Numbered from the stretch's first letter, positions 1 through 11,167 are shown. The stretch: 64,000 nucleotides of DNA from Microcystaceae cyanobacterium (GCA_041746575.1 JBGTGT010000028.1:1-64000); one strand, 5' to 3'. Notes: a model not told the origin generated them from the sequence alone. Made by a program: numbers and translations.

Positions 1-79
1 CTAATGAGTGTCTTCTGCCTTGCCTGCGACGATAATCGGGCATTCCCTCAAAGGCTTGAACAATTGCTATGTCAGACAT
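1..79 (-). CDS. ISAs1-family transposase, N-terminal part (continues beyond window)
   Basis: ATG at 79 gives MSDIAIVQAFEGMPDYRRRQGRRHSL, resembling the F..(I/M).D.R...G.RH.L N-terminal motif of ISAs1 transposases. Confidence 0.7.
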   Translation of the reverse strand, partial: MSDIAIVQAFEGMPDYRRRQGRRHSL

Positions 80-139
80 TTATTTAGTTTGATTCTATGT
101 TACCACATCCATTCTACAGAGTAGAATGAAATAGCCCTG
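1..139 (-). mobile_element. Left end of an ISAs1-family insertion sequence (runs off window start)
   Basis: Minus strand reads CAGGGCTATTTCATTCTAC from 139 (ISAs1 ends begin CAGGG), followed by a transposase-like start at 79. Confidence 0.7.
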
Positions 140-383
140 CTATCTTGTTGAGGCACAATCCCCCTTCTGTTCCATGACCGCCAAAATGAACAATTTTCGG
201 CCTATTATCTATAATTGCTTGTCTTAATTCCTTTTCTGTACTAGGAAAATTTAATTTTACTTCATAGTTATTCCTTTTTTGAGAACGATTGATCGCTTCT
301 TGAATCTTATTGCATTCACCCCCTATATTAAGCGGATCCAAGGTAGATGGATTAGCAACGATAACCAGAATTTTTTGCTTCAT
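114..383 (-). pseudogene. CHAT-domain protein, truncated by IS insertion
   Basis: KILVIVANP...ECNKIQEAI...ELRQAI...PKIVHFGGHG is a typical CHAT N-terminus; the last codons and the stop lie inside the IS end. Confidence 0.75.
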
Positions 384-515
384 AGGATAGTTATCAAGGA
401 TCTCGTTCTAGGGGATTTTTAGTCCGGTCGGCAGGCGTTGCTGAATAGGCAGTGGACCAACCAGCTAGGTGAATGATGCGAAACCTTAAATAGTGCATTA
501 GTCGTACTGAATATC

Positions 516-759
516 TTAACACTCCACTGTCTGAAGGCGAGTGGATTCTTTCCTCATAGACCAGACCCTTATCTCGCCAATCAAAGATTGACCCCGATAG
601 AATGTCTCCGAAAGCATTTTCATTCACGGGCTGCTTGATCGCTACGTCAGTTGCTCCACTTGGGGAGACCCAAAGACCGCTCTGGCTCACTAATCCACGA
701 TTTTTAATGACCTGACTTGCTGCTACATCACGATCTGTTTGATACCCACAATTAGGACA
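516..759 (-). mobile_element. IS200/IS605 tnpB 3' remnant with degenerate right end
   Basis: Minus strand encodes CPNCGYQTDRDVAASQVIKNRG (TnpB zinc ribbon plus RuvC-III DRD motif); ends in GAATCCACTCGCCTTCAGACAGTGGAGTGTTAA, a right-end-like hairpin. Confidence 0.75.
643..690. repeat. Short palindromic cyanobacterial repeat inside the tnpB remnant
   Basis: GTGAGCCAGAGCGGTCTTTGGGTCTCCCCAAGTGGAGCAACTGACGT (minus strand) with TTGGG/CCCAA stem; resembles dispersed cyanobacterial repeats; single copy in this window. Confidence 0.4.
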
Positions 760-1018
760 ATACTGTCAATAAAAACTTAAGTTTATCCCTTATTTCTCGT
801 AGGCTAGAACAACGCAATCTCGTTAATTTCGCTAAGAGTGAGGGAAGAAGGTCATTCTTTTCTAAATCTGGCAGGGTTTCAATCACAAATCAACTCATAA
901 AAGCCATTACCGAGAATAACATTTAATCTCCGTATACTATGGCTCATTTTGCCCTGAATTTCTCGAAACTTTGTGAAGCATAAAGCATTTATCCCGATTA
1001 TTGCTAACCTCAATAACA

Positions 1019-1026
1019 GCGATCGC
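1019..1026. repeat. HIP1 octamer GCGATCGC (example copy; recurs across the window)
   Basis: Other copies e.g. 3814, 12362, 12961, 18661, 63979. Confidence 0.9.
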
Positions 1027-1204
1027 GTCACTATTGGGTAGCAAAAAAAAGAGAGAAATAAACCAAACTCACCGATTAATAGTCAATCGTAAAGCATTAT
1101 ATACAACAACTATGATTATGATGAATTTTTAACTTTCGACTTTTGCCGATTAGCATCTTTTGCTCGAATTGATGTTATTTATCTTTTTTTAATTTTCCTT
1201 TCCG

Positions 1205-1269
1205 TGATATGATGACTCGTGGTTTGTGATTGCGTCCTTTTTGAGAAGGGAAGCCGAATCAAGACGCAA
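1205..1269 (+). promoter_or_regulatory. Candidate extended -10 promoter and 5' UTR hairpin of the atp operon
   Basis: TGaTATGAT at 1205-1213; TTGCGTC...GACGCAA stem at 1230-1269. Confidence 0.35.
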
Positions 1270-1355
1270 AAAGCGGTCAATTTGTCAAGTCTCAAAACGA
1301 CTCAGCAAATTTTCCCTAAATCCTATTCTCAATGAATTAATTTTATCGAAAGCCC

Positions 1356-2105
1356 ATGGTATATGGTTTAAATTTCGTCAACCTGTTGCCCCTAGCTTCC
1401 CTAGAAGTGGGCAAACACTGGTATTGGCATCTTGGCAACCTCACAATCCACGGACAGGTGTTCTTGGTGTCTTGGTTCGTCATTGCATTGTTAGTTATTG
1501 CCTCTTTAGCGGCGACTCGCAACATTCAACGGATTCCCAGTGGCATTCAGAACTTTATGGAGTATGTACTGGAATTTCTGCGAGAATTAGCGAGAAACCA
1601 ATTGGGAGAAAAAGAATATCGGCCGTGGTTACCCTTTATTGGGACGCTCTTCCTGTTTATTTTTGTTTCCAACTGGTCAGGCGCATTACTCCCTTGGCAC
1701 CTCCTTAAGATTCCCGAAGGTGAATTAGCAGCCCCGACCAACGACATCAATACAACGGTTGCGCTTGCGCTACTGACATCGCTGGCTTACTTTTATGCCG
1801 GTATTAGCAAAAAAGGACTGGGTTATTTTGCGGGGTATTTAGAACCCATTCCCGTTCTCTTGCCGATTAAAATTCTAGAAGACTTTACGAAGCCCTTATC
1901 CCTAAGTTTCCGTCTTTTCGGTAACATCTTAGCGGATGAACTGGTCGTAGCAGTACTCGTCTTTCTCGTTCCTCTTTTCGTTCCTCTTCCCATTATGGCT
2001 TTAGGACTCTTTACCAGTGCCATCCAAGCGTTAGTATTTGCTACCTTAGCAGGAGCTTATATTCATGAAGCATTGGAAGCTCACGGCGAAGAAGAACATG
2101 GTTAA
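1356..2105 (+). CDS. atpB: ATP synthase F0 subunit a (cyanobacterial atpI)
   Basis: PTNDINTT and [17 protein letters not shown] motifs; first gene of the atp operon. Confidence 0.98.
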   Translation: MVYGLNFVNLLPLASLEVGKHWYWHLGNLTIHGQVFLVSWFVIALLVIASLAATRNIQRIPSGIQNFMEYVLEFLRELARNQLGEKEYRPWLPFIGTLFLFIFVSNWSGALLPWHLLKIPEGELAAPTNDINTTVALALLTSLAYFYAGISKKGLGYFAGYLEPIPVLLPIKILEDFTKPLSLSFRLFGNILADELVVAVLVFLVPLFVPLPIMALGLFTSAIQALVFATLAGAYIHEALEAHGEEEHG

Positions 2106-2330
2106 TGGTTAAAGCGACAAAAAGACTAGAAATTGGTTGTCCAAAAAGTCCCAAAACATAGGACAATATCAAAGACATCCAACAGGAGAATTCACTAGCC
2201 GAATTCCCCCCTCCTGAGAAGGTAAATCTTACCTTTACTTGGACCCAAAATAGCAATAAGTCAACCATCCGCCTGATGGTTTGGGAACTTTGCGCTTCTC
2301 ATTACTAACTTGAATGTTTTTGAAGACTAA

Positions 2331-2591
<261 letters not shown>

Positions 2592-2609
2592 TATTTGTGT
2601 TAGCCGCAA

Positions 2610-2634
2610 AGAGGCGTGAGTCGTTCACGTCTCT
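2610..2634 (+). terminator. Stem-loop downstream of subunit c gene (terminator or mRNA stabiliser)
   Basis: AGAGGCGTGA-gtcgt-TCACGTCTCT hairpin. Confidence 0.5.
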
Positions 2635-2715
2635 CTCTTAAAAAAGTAGAGAAAACGCAGAACAGTTTTTGCCGACTATTTAGACGGAAAAAGTCGCCAT
2701 TTGGATTAGGAAAAA

Positions 2716-3144
2716 ATGTTTGATTTTGATGCAACGTTGCCTTTAATGGCATTACAGTTTGTCCTACTGACTTTCGTGCTAAATGCGATTTTTTATAAAC
2801 CGCTCAGTAAAGTTTTAGACGAACGCGCGGACTATATTCGTCGCAGTGAAGAAGAAGCACGGGCTCGTTTAGCGAAAGTTGAAACCTTAACCAAGGAATA
2901 CGAGCAACAATTAGCCAATGCTCGCAAACAATCGCAAACAGTGATCGCAGACGCTCAATCTGAAGCCCAGAAAATAGCTGCTACGCAAATTGCGGAAGCG
3001 CAACAAGTAGCCCAGCAAAAAAAAGAGAAAGCGGCTCAAGAGATTGAGCAAGAAAAGCAACAAGCTTTACAAGTCTTAGAGCGGCAGGTCGATGCGCTCA
3101 GTCGTCAAATTCTAGAAAAAATTCTAGGGGCAGAACTGGTTTAA
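2716..3144 (+). CDS. atpF2: ATP synthase F0 subunit b' (cyanobacterial atpG)
   Basis: [15 protein letters not shown]...FYKPL, coiled-coil body, operon position. Confidence 0.95.
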   Translation: MFDFDATLPLMALQFVLLTFVLNAIFYKPLSKVLDERADYIRRSEEEARARLAKVETLTKEYEQQLANARKQSQTVIADAQSEAQKIAATQIAEAQQVAQQKKEKAAQEIEQEKQQALQVLERQVDALSRQILEKILGAELV

Positions 3145-3168
3145 AACTATTTTGAGTGGTAAAAGCTT

Positions 3169-3702
3169 ATGATTACTCGCCTTTTAATACTAGCGACGGA
3201 AGCACACGCTGAAGAAGGGGGTTTTGGTTTTGACTTTAATGTTTTCGAGACCAATATCTTCAATTTAGCAATCTTAGTCGGCGTACTTGTCTATTTTGGT
3301 CGTAAACCCTTTTCTAAACTCTTGAGTGATCGACGTGCCAAAATTGCCGAAAGCATCCAAGATGTTGAAGCGCGCCAAAAGCAAGCCACCGAAGCCCTAA
3401 CCCAACAGCAACAAAAACTCACCCAAGCGCAAGCTGAAGCTGAGAGAATTCGTCAAGAGGCTCAAGTTCAAGCTGAACGGGTGAAAAGTGAAATACTCGC
3501 TCAAGCTGAACGGGATATTGAACGGATGAGAGAAACCGCCGCTAAAGACCTCAATAATCAACAGGAGCGGGTAATGACAGAGTTAAAACAACGGATTGCC
3601 GCTTTGACTATCGAGCGAGTTTCCGGTGAACTCAGTACTCGTCTCAATGACGAGGCGCAACGGAAAATTATAGATCGTAGCATTGCTCAGTTGGGAGGAT
3701 AG
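3169..3702 (+). CDS. atpF: ATP synthase F0 subunit b
   Basis: FETNIFNLAILVGVLVYFG, coiled coil, operon position. Confidence 0.95.
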   Translation: MITRLLILATEAHAEEGGFGFDFNVFETNIFNLAILVGVLVYFGRKPFSKLLSDRRAKIAESIQDVEARQKQATEALTQQQQKLTQAQAEAERIRQEAQVQAERVKSEILAQAERDIERMRETAAKDLNNQQERVMTELKQRIAALTIERVSGELSTRLNDEAQRKIIDRSIAQLGG

Positions 3703-3705
3703 GTC

Positions 3706-4263
3706 ATGAAAGGGAGTTTATTTAGCAGTGAAGTGTCCGAGCCTTATGCACAGGCATTAATGTCCTTAGCTCAGGCGCACAATATCACCGAAAGCTTGGG
3801 TGAGGATATCAAAGCGATCGCTCGTCTTCTGGCAGAATCGCCAGACCTCAGCGCACTCATCAACAACCCAACCGTGAGCGAAGAAGACAAAAAACGGGTA
3901 TTAGAAAGAATCGTCGGCAGAGAGATTAATCCCTATCTAATGAACTTCCTAAGGCTGTTAGTGGATAAAAAACGGTTAATGTTTTTAGAGCCGATTTGTC
4001 AACAGTTTTTGGTGCTATTGCGCAAGTTGAACAACACGGTCTTAGCGGAAGTCACCGCCGCTAGAGGACTGACCAGAGACCAAGAGCGAGCAATCACCGA
4101 TAAGGTAAAACAATTAACCCATGCTCAATCGGTAGAACTTAACGTAACCGTCGACCCCGCTTTGCTCGGGGGTGTCATTATTAAGGTCGGATCGCAGGTA
4201 TTCGATACAAGCCTTAGAGGACAACTTCGCCGTCTTAGTCTAAACCTCGGCAGTTCCCTGTAA
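3706..4263 (+). CDS. atpH: ATP synthase F1 subunit delta (cyanobacterial atpD)
   Basis: EPYAQALM...[25 protein letters not shown]. Confidence 0.97.
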   Translation: MKGSLFSSEVSEPYAQALMSLAQAHNITESLGEDIKAIARLLAESPDLSALINNPTVSEEDKKRVLERIVGREINPYLMNFLRLLVDKKRLMFLEPICQQFLVLLRKLNNTVLAEVTAARGLTRDQERAITDKVKQLTHAQSVELNVTVDPALLGGVIIKVGSQVFDTSLRGQLRRLSLNLGSSL

Positions 4264-4342
4264 ATTGAGGGGCAATTCCCCCTTAAAGGTCTAGCGTTTT
4301 GTCGCAAAATCTACCCTTAAGTAACCTTTTAAACCGAAAATT

Positions 4343-5854
4343 ATGATTAACATTAGACCCGACGAAATCAGCAGCATTATTCGCTCTCAGATCGAATCCT
4401 ACGACCAAAAGGTTCAAGTATCCAACGTTGGAACCGTTCTTCAAGTCGGGGACGGCATTGCCCGTATTTACGGCTTAGATCAAGCCATGGCGGGGGAACT
4501 ACTGGAATTTGAAGATGGAACAATCGGTATTGCCCAAAACCTAGAAGAAGATAACGTCGGTGCAGTATTGATGGGGGATGGTTTCGGCATCCAAGAAGGA
4601 AGCAGTGTGCGTTCTACGGGTAAAATTGCCCAAATTCCTGTAGGAGATGCCTTAGTCGGTCGAGTCGTTAATGCCCTCGGCCAACCAATAGATGGCAAAG
4701 GTGATATCAGCACCTCAGAAAGCCGCCTCATTGAATCCCCCGCACCGGGAATTATTGCCCGAAAATCTGTCTGTGAACCGATGCAAACGGGAATTACCTC
4801 TATTGATGCGATGATTCCCATCGGTCGAGGACAACGGGAATTAATCATCGGCGATCGCAAAACGGGAAAAACCGCCATTGCTATTGACACTATCATTAAC
4901 CAAAAATCGGAAGATGTAATCTGTGTTTATGTGGCGATCGGTCAAAAAGCCTCTACCGTGGCTCAGGTGATTGATACCCTAACGGAGAAAGGGGCAATGG
5001 ATTACACCGTTGTTGTCAATGCCAGCGCCAATGAGCCGGCCACCCTCCAATACCTAGCTCCCTATGCGGGAGCCTCCATTGCAGAATACTTTATGTACAA
5101 AGGAAAAGCCACCTTGGTCATCTACGATGATTTATCCAAGCAAGCACAGGCTTACCGTCAAATGTCCTTACTGCTCCGTCGTCCTCCCGGTCGGGAAGCT
5201 TACCCCGGAGACGTTTTTTACTGTCACTCTCGCTTGTTAGAAAGAGCGGCAAAACTCAGCGATAAGCTCGGTGGCGGTAGTATGACAGCCTTACCCATTA
5301 TTGAAACCCAAGCCGGAGACGTTTCAGCCTATATTCCCACCAACGTAATTTCGATTACGGACGGTCAAATTTTCTTATCCTCTGACTTGTTTAACGCCGG
5401 TTTCCGCCCCGCCATTGATGCAGGGATTTCCGTTAGTCGGGTAGGATCGGCGGCACAAACCAAAGCGATGAAGCAAGTGGCTGGAAAATTAAAACTCGAA
5501 TTGGCACAATTTGCTGAATTAGAAGCCTTTTCTCAGTTTGCTTCTGACCTAGATGCCGCCACCCAAGCACAACTGGCTCGGGGACAACGGTTGCGTCAAT
5601 TGTTAAAACAACCCCAAAATTTCCCGTTAGCCGTATGGGAGCAAGTTGCTGTCGTCTATTCCGGTTTAAATGGCTACTTAGATAACATTGCCGTAGATAA
5701 AGTGGTGGATTTCGTTGCAGGTTTGCGGAATTATATTAAGGCAAATAAGCCCAAGTATCCTGAAATCATCGGCAATGAGAAAAAACTCACCGATGAAGCC
5801 GAAAACTTGCTGAAAGAAGCGATCGTTGAGTACAAACAGGCGTTTAGTCAGTAG
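4343..5854 (+). CDS. atpA: ATP synthase F1 subunit alpha
   Basis: [32 protein letters not shown]. Confidence 0.99.
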   Translation: MINIRPDEISSIIRSQIESYDQKVQVSNVGTVLQVGDGIARIYGLDQAMAGELLEFEDGTIGIAQNLEEDNVGAVLMGDGFGIQEGSSVRSTGKIAQIPVGDALVGRVVNALGQPIDGKGDISTSESRLIESPAPGIIARKSVCEPMQTGITSIDAMIPIGRGQRELIIGDRKTGKTAIAIDTIINQKSEDVICVYVAIGQKASTVAQVIDTLTEKGAMDYTVVVNASANEPATLQYLAPYAGASIAEYFMYKGKATLVIYDDLSKQAQAYRQMSLLLRRPPGREAYPGDVFYCHSRLLERAAKLSDKLGGGSMTALPIIETQAGDVSAYIPTNVISITDGQIFLSSDLFNAGFRPAIDAGISVSRVGSAAQTKAMKQVAGKLKLELAQFAELEAFSQFASDLDAATQAQLARGQRLRQLLKQPQNFPLAVWEQVAVVYSGLNGYLDNIAVDKVVDFVAGLRNYIKANKPKYPEIIGNEKKLTDEAENLLKEAIVEYKQAFSQ

Positions 5855-5957
5855 GTGCGGGAGGCGAGGTTTTAGGAACTCACCTGAAACCTTTTTCTCT
5901 AACTGACTGAATAATCATCATTCATAATTTACTATTCACTCTTAACGATGAACAGAT

Positions 5958-6902
5958 ATGCCTAATCTTAAAGCGATTCGCGACCGCATTAAGTCGGTCA
6001 AAAATACCAAAAAAATCACCGAAGCGATGCAATTAGTGGCGGCTGCTAAGGTGCGTCGGGCGCAAGAACAAGTTATTTCTACTCGACCATTTGCCGATGC
6101 TTTGGCTCAAGTTTTGTACAGTCTGCAAAATCGTCTGAAGTTTGAAGATATTAACTTGCCTTTACTCGAACAGAGGGAAGTCAAGAGCGTTGCCTTACTG
6201 GTGATTTCAGGGGATAGAGGCTTATGTGGCGGCTATAACGCTAATGCAATTCGCTACGCTGAGCAGCGCACCAAAGAACTCACCAATCAGGGCATCAACT
6301 ATCAATTAGTCGTCGTAGGGCGGAAGTCAGTCCAATATTTTGAGCGTCGCGAAGCCCCAATTGCGTCCACATTTACGGGCTTGGAACAAATTCCAACGGC
6401 TGCAGAAGCCGGAAAAATTGCTGATGAATTGCTGTCTTTATTCTTATCAGAAACGGTGGATAGAGTAGAGTTAATTTACACCCGTTTTGTGTCTCTGATT
6501 AGCTCTCGTCCGGTAATTCAAACTTTATTACCTTTAACGCCTCAAGGCTTAGAGGTACAAGATGATGAAATTTTCCGTCTTATTAGCCAGGATGGACAAT
6601 TAAGCGTTAAGCGGGAGAAAGTTGAAAAACAGACCGAAACTTTCCCTCAAGACATGATTTTTGAGCAAGATCCGGTGCAAATTCTGGATTCTTTGTTACC
6701 GTTATATGTCAACAATCAACTATTACGGGCATTGCAAGAATCGGCGGCAAGTGAATTGGCGGCGCGGATGACGGCGATGAGTAACGCCAGTGAGAATGCG
6801 GGGGATTTGATCAAGAATTTAACCCGCTCCTATAATAAGGCACGTCAGGCGGCGATTACCCAAGAAATTCTAGAGGTAGTAGCTGGGGCGAATGCTTCGT
6901 AA
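5958..6902 (+). CDS. atpG: ATP synthase F1 subunit gamma (cyanobacterial atpC)
   Basis: [36 protein letters not shown]. Confidence 0.99.
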   Translation: MPNLKAIRDRIKSVKNTKKITEAMQLVAAAKVRRAQEQVISTRPFADALAQVLYSLQNRLKFEDINLPLLEQREVKSVALLVISGDRGLCGGYNANAIRYAEQRTKELTNQGINYQLVVVGRKSVQYFERREAPIASTFTGLEQIPTAAEAGKIADELLSLFLSETVDRVELIYTRFVSLISSRPVIQTLLPLTPQGLEVQDDEIFRLISQDGQLSVKREKVEKQTETFPQDMIFEQDPVQILDSLLPLYVNNQLLRALQESAASELAARMTAMSNASENAGDLIKNLTRSYNKARQAAITQEILEVVAGANAS

Positions 6903-7044
6903 TGTTTATTCGTTTTGGATAACGAAACCCGTTTAAAAGGTGAAGGTTCAATCATCAGTGCCTTCCCCTCTTTTTTTATTTTTAAGAGAGCGGTGGAAGA
7001 GACCTCAGCTTGCAAAGGGGGGCTTCCTTCCAATTCATAAAAAC

Positions 7045-7068
7045 AAAAAAGGTGAGCATCGCCCACCC
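7045..7068 (-). terminator. Rho-independent terminator of the pnt operon
   Basis: Minus strand GGTGGGC-gat-GCTCACC followed by TTTTTT just after the pntB stop. Confidence 0.7.
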
Positions 7069-7090
7069 TGTAACTACTATTATAAAAGCG

Positions 7091-8497
7091 TTACAGTTGC
7101 TTCACTTCTGAGACTAAATCAGCAACCACTTTTTGTGCGCTACCGAATAGCATCAGGGTTTTATCTTCGTAGAAAAGTTGATTATCTACGCCCGCAAAAC
7201 CTGTACTCATACCTCTTTTAATGACAATGGTATGTTGGGCTTTATCCACTTCTAAGATAGGCATTCCGTAAATGGGACTACTTTTATCATGACGTGCGGC
7301 AGGATTCACTACATCATTTGCCCCAATTACTAAAGCAACGTCAGTGCGTTCAAATTCGGGGTTAATGTCGTCCATGTCATACAATTCTGAGTAGGGAACA
7401 TTTGCTTCAGCCAGTAAGACATTCATGTGACCGGGCATTCTCCCTGCTACAGGATGAATAGCATATTTGACCTCTACACCCATTTTTTCTAATTGTTCTG
7501 CTAATTCTCTGACAGTATGTTGAGCTTGCGCGACTGCCATGCCATAGCCTGGAACAATCACCACCGAACGAGCGTATCCTAACATCATTGCCCCTTCTTC
7601 GGCATCAATAGACTTAACCGCTTTATCGGTAACACTGGATGCCCCAGCCACCCTTGTCGTTGTTTCTCCCGTACCAAATGCCCCAAAAAGAACGCTAAAG
7701 AGGGAGCGATTCATGGCTTTACACATAATTTCTGTTAAAATCAGCCCTGATGCGCCCACTAAAGCCCCTGAAATAATCAGCATATTGTTAAAGAGGATAA
7801 ATCCTGCCGCCGATGCCGCTAACCCAGAAAACGAGTTAAGCAGAGAGATAACAACAGGCATATCGCCGCCGCCAATAGGAAGCACAAAAAGAAGACCAAA
7901 GATCAGAGAAAGAGCAACTAATCCATAGAATACCGTTGTATTTATCGGATGAAGGATTAAATACCCGCTACCAACAATGAAACTGGCAAACAGGAGAATA
8001 TTAAAGGGTTGTTGTAGGGGAAAAGTGACAGGAGAACCTGATACCAAACCTTGTAACTTGGCAAAGGCAAGTAAACTGCCTGTAAAAGTGACACCACCGA
8101 TTAAAATCCCTAAGATAATCACTAATAGGGTATCAAAAGATATTACTTCCCCATTAGTATAGAGTCGCCAATATTCTCCCACCGCAATTAAAGCACTGGC
8201 CGCACCCCCTAAACCGTTGAAAATACCCACCATTTGGGGCATAGCCGTCATTTCTACTTTTTGAGCCGCAATTGCACCAATAATTGACCCAATGACAATC
8301 CCGACTAAAATCGTGCCGTAGTTCAATACACCTTGATTGAGAAAAGTGGCGATAATAGCAATCAGCATCCCTACTGAAGCGATAATGTTGCCTTGACGGG
8401 CAGTAGCCGGTGAACCCAGTTGTTTTAAGCCAACAATGAATAAAGAAGCGGCCAACAAATAAGCAAGTTCAATGCCGGTAAAAAGATAAGTATTCAT
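7091..8497 (-). CDS. pntB: NAD(P) transhydrogenase subunit beta
   Basis: GGGDMPVVISLLNS, PGYGMAVAQAQH, HPVAGRMPGHMNVLLAEA. Confidence 0.98.
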   Translation of the reverse strand: MNTYLFTGIELAYLLAASLFIVGLKQLGSPATARQGNIIASVGMLIAIIATFLNQGVLNYGTILVGIVIGSIIGAIAAQKVEMTAMPQMVGIFNGLGGAASALIAVGEYWRLYTNGEVISFDTLLVIILGILIGGVTFTGSLLAFAKLQGLVSGSPVTFPLQQPFNILLFASFIVGSGYLILHPINTTVFYGLVALSLIFGLLFVLPIGGGDMPVVISLLNSFSGLAASAAGFILFNNMLIISGALVGASGLILTEIMCKAMNRSLFSVLFGAFGTGETTTRVAGASSVTDKAVKSIDAEEGAMMLGYARSVVIVPGYGMAVAQAQHTVRELAEQLEKMGVEVKYAIHPVAGRMPGHMNVLLAEANVPYSELYDMDDINPEFERTDVALVIGANDVVNPAARHDKSSPIYGMPILEVDKAQHTIVIKRGMSTGFAGVDNQLFYEDKTLMLFGSAQKVVADLVSEVKQL

Positions 8498-8778
8498 CGA
8501 GTGGCCTCCTTCTTTTTCTTGAACATTTGTAACATGCGGTCAGTGACGAGAAAGCCACCGACAACGTTAACCATAGCGAGAATAACGGCAATTAAGCCCA
8601 AAATCATGCTTAGATTCCAATTTTGTCCACCAGCGATTAATAATGCGCCGACGACAGCGATGCCAGAAATAGCATTTGCCCCAGACATCAAGGGGGTATG
8701 CAAGGTAGGCGGAACTTTATTGATAACTTCAAAGCCCACAAAAGAAGCCAAGACAAAAACAACTAAACCTGTCAACAA
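8494..8778 (-). CDS. pntA: NAD(P) transhydrogenase alpha subunit part 2 (membrane part)
   Basis: VPPTLHTPLMSGANAISG...NVVGGFLVTDRML; TTG start behind AAGGAG; 4-bp overlap with pntB. Confidence 0.93.
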   Translation of the reverse strand: MLTGLVVFVLASFVGFEVINKVPPTLHTPLMSGANAISGIAVVGALLIAGGQNWNLSMILGLIAVILAMVNVVGGFLVTDRMLQMFKKKKEATR

Positions 8779-8864
8779 TTCTGTACTCCTTATTTTGTTA
8801 GTGAATATTTAATCTTGATCGTCATCAGGTTTTGGGTTTCGGGTTTCGGATCTAGATATTTATC

Positions 8865-10019
8865 TCACACCTGAACTGTTTGATTCAATAGTTCTCGAAT
8901 GCGAGAATTGCGAATTTCGCCCTGATGGGTGACACAAGCTTCATCAATAATGTCATCCTCAAAATCCAAATTCAGCGTTCCTTCGGGGGCGAGTAACAGC
9001 AAGAGCGTTTGCAAATTTTTAGCGTAGGTTTGACTGGCATTCACCGCAATCGAAGAAGGTAAATTAACCGTACCAATAATCGTAACCCCATTATGGTGAA
9101 TATCCTTTCCTGCTTCCGTAAAAGCGCAATTTCCACCCTGTTCTGCCGCTAAATCCACAATAACTGAACCTGCCCTCAAACATTCCACCATCTCTGCTGT
9201 GACGAGAAGCGGTGCTTTTCTCCCCGGTACTTGAGCGGTGGTAATCACCACGTCAAAACGACCGATATTATCCAGTAGAACCTGATTAATGCGTTCTTGG
9301 GTGTTTTGGCTGGCTTCTTTAGCATAACCGCCCGTTGTGGCGGTGTTCTCCTCGAGGGGAATTTCGATAAATTTTGCTCCTACACTTTGTACTTCTTCTT
9401 TAACACTAGGACGAATATCAAAGGCTTCCACCACTGCCCCTAAGCGTCTGGCGGTGGCGATCGCTTGTAAACCAGCTACCCCTGCCCCCAAAACGAGGAC
9501 TTTCGCTGGCGGAATCGTGCCTGCTGCCGTCGTCATCATCGGAAACATTCGGGGGAGATTGGCTGCTGCAATTAACGCCGCCTTGTAACCGGCTACATTG
9601 GCTTGAGAGGATAAAGCATCCATACTTTGGGCGCGAGACGTACGGGGAATCAACTCCATACTAAAAGCAGTGATCCCTTTTTGAGCAATTTGTTCGATTT
9701 TTTCGGGATTTTTAAGGGGATTCAGAAAAGTAATGAGAATAGCGTCTGGTTTTAGCCAATTAATTTCCGCTTCTCCTTCTTGTTCACTGGGAGGCGTTAC
9801 TTTAAGTAAAATGTCCCCTTCTTCCCACAGTGGTCGAGGGTCGGAAATAAGGGTTGCTCCCGCTTCTTCGTAGGCCGTATCAGCAAAATAAGCTCTTTCT
9901 CCGGCTCCTGCTTGAACAATCACTTCAAATCCTTTTTTGACAAGGCGAGAGACGATATCAGGAACTAAAGCCACCCGACATTCCCCTACATCCGTTTCTT
10001 TAGCAACGGCAATCTTCAT
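8865..10019 (-). CDS. pntA: NAD(P) transhydrogenase alpha subunit part 1 (NAD-binding domain I)
   Basis: RAQSMDALSSQ, GAGVAGLQAIATARRLGA, GGYAKE; ATG at 10019 behind GGAGG. Confidence 0.96.
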   Translation of the reverse strand: MKIAVAKETDVGECRVALVPDIVSRLVKKGFEVIVQAGAGERAYFADTAYEEAGATLISDPRPLWEEGDILLKVTPPSEQEGEAEINWLKPDAILITFLNPLKNPEKIEQIAQKGITAFSMELIPRTSRAQSMDALSSQANVAGYKAALIAAANLPRMFPMMTTAAGTIPPAKVLVLGAGVAGLQAIATARRLGAVVEAFDIRPSVKEEVQSVGAKFIEIPLEENTATTGGYAKEASQNTQERINQVLLDNIGRFDVVITTAQVPGRKAPLLVTAEMVECLRAGSVIVDLAAEQGGNCAFTEAGKDIHHNGVTIIGTVNLPSSIAVNASQTYAKNLQTLLLLLAPEGTLNLDFEDDIIDEACVTHQGEIRNSRIRELLNQTVQV

Positions 10020-10214
10020 CAATTAAACCTCCTTATCATGAGATGCACGCCATTTTGATGGTTTATGGTTTGGGCTTTTAATCCTTTAGGACTAAACCGA
10101 CCATCTTACTTTTATTTGACCCAATCCCACAGGGTTTAAAGGTTATTCCCAGAATGTTTTAAGATTTCAATCGGTTCATTAGGTGCAATAAGGAGGTTAA
10201 GTTACCGTCATTCC

Positions 10215-10925
10215 TCATCGTTTCTCTTCAACTTCATTTTTTTGTGAACGAGAGAACAAAAAACCCAACCCTAGCACCATGATACCCAAAAAGCTTGCAG
10301 GCTCTGGAACAGATGCTGGCTCTACTTCAGGTTCATCAAAAACAATCGCTCCACTCATTGAAAAATTGCCGTAGGAACTCACGCATAAATAAGGCTCACA
10401 CAATCCCGAGCCGTAGGATTCGATATAGTCGAATGATGTTCCTCCCATATAGAAATTAACATATATTCCACCAGTCGATCCCATAAGTCCAACCAGCTGA
10501 CTCCATTGAAAGGAGAACAGATATAAGTCGTCTTCTTGAACATTATTGATATAAGAGGATTCAAACTCAAAGGTTAAGTTACCTGGCAGACAAGATATAT
10601 CGCAGGAGAAACCGTTTTCAAAGTCTTCTAAGTAAAAGTCAGGAATGTTTGTCAATGAAAGAGAGCCTGTCGCAAAGATAATCGGACCCGGAATAAGGGC
10701 ACTTGTTTCTTCCACTTCGTTAATATATTCACAGTCAATAATTTCACCGAAATCATCGTAAATGCAGTTATCCAAATCATAACCTGAAACGCTGTAATAG
10801 TCGTAACTTTCCGCATTAGGGGCAATTAAGCTAAAGTTACTGGTAATATCAAATGCCATTGCTGGACTTGCTAGGGCAACGATTCCCGTTGTCAGTAGGC
10901 TAGCAGAAAGAAGATGAGTTTTCAT
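10215..10925 (-). CDS. PEP-CTERM sorting domain protein
   Basis: Signal peptide ending ASPAMA; C-terminal SVPEP, transmembrane helix and basic tail. Confidence 0.9.
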   Translation of the reverse strand: MKTHLLSASLLTTGIVALASPAMAFDITSNFSLIAPNAESYDYYSVSGYDLDNCIYDDFGEIIDCEYINEVEETSALIPGPIIFATGSLSLTNIPDFYLEDFENGFSCDISCLPGNLTFEFESSYINNVQEDDLYLFSFQWSQLVGLMGSTGGIYVNFYMGGTSFDYIESYGSGLCEPYLCVSSYGNFSMSGAIVFDEPEVEPASVPEPASFLGIMVLGLGFLFSRSQKNEVEEKR

Positions 10926-11167
10926 AAGGTAGGTAAATTAATTCAGTTTTTAGTCATAAGGGTGGGAGAGCGATATCCATCGCTAACTGTAAACAATTTT
11001 TCAAGGGCGGCGGTCTGTCAAAAGGAGTAATTATGAAGTATTTACGAGAAGTCTGCCGTCAATGCTTTTTAATTTGTAGAAAAGGCTCGGTTCTTTGTTC
11101 TTTACTCTGTGTTCGTAATAAGTCACTCAATGCCGTAGAATCTTGGTAAACCATATAGATAGATATT

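Noticed and set aside
394..690. 98-aa ORF in the track
   Set aside because: It is the read-through tail of the tnpB remnant across a repeat and the IS end, not an independent gene
1226..1708. 160-aa ORF as possible atp1
   Set aside because: Overlaps the subunit a gene out of frame and lacks the multi-TM character of Atp1
4840..4875. AtpA P-loop GDRKTGKT instead of GDRQTGKT
   Set aside because: I recall this variant from other unicellular cyanobacteria; the gene is otherwise intact
4125..9588. Short antisense or overlapping ORFs across atp and pnt genes (and similar ones in nrdA, ftsH, cheA, gatB)
   Set aside because: Shadow frames of well-supported genes with no recognisable motifs
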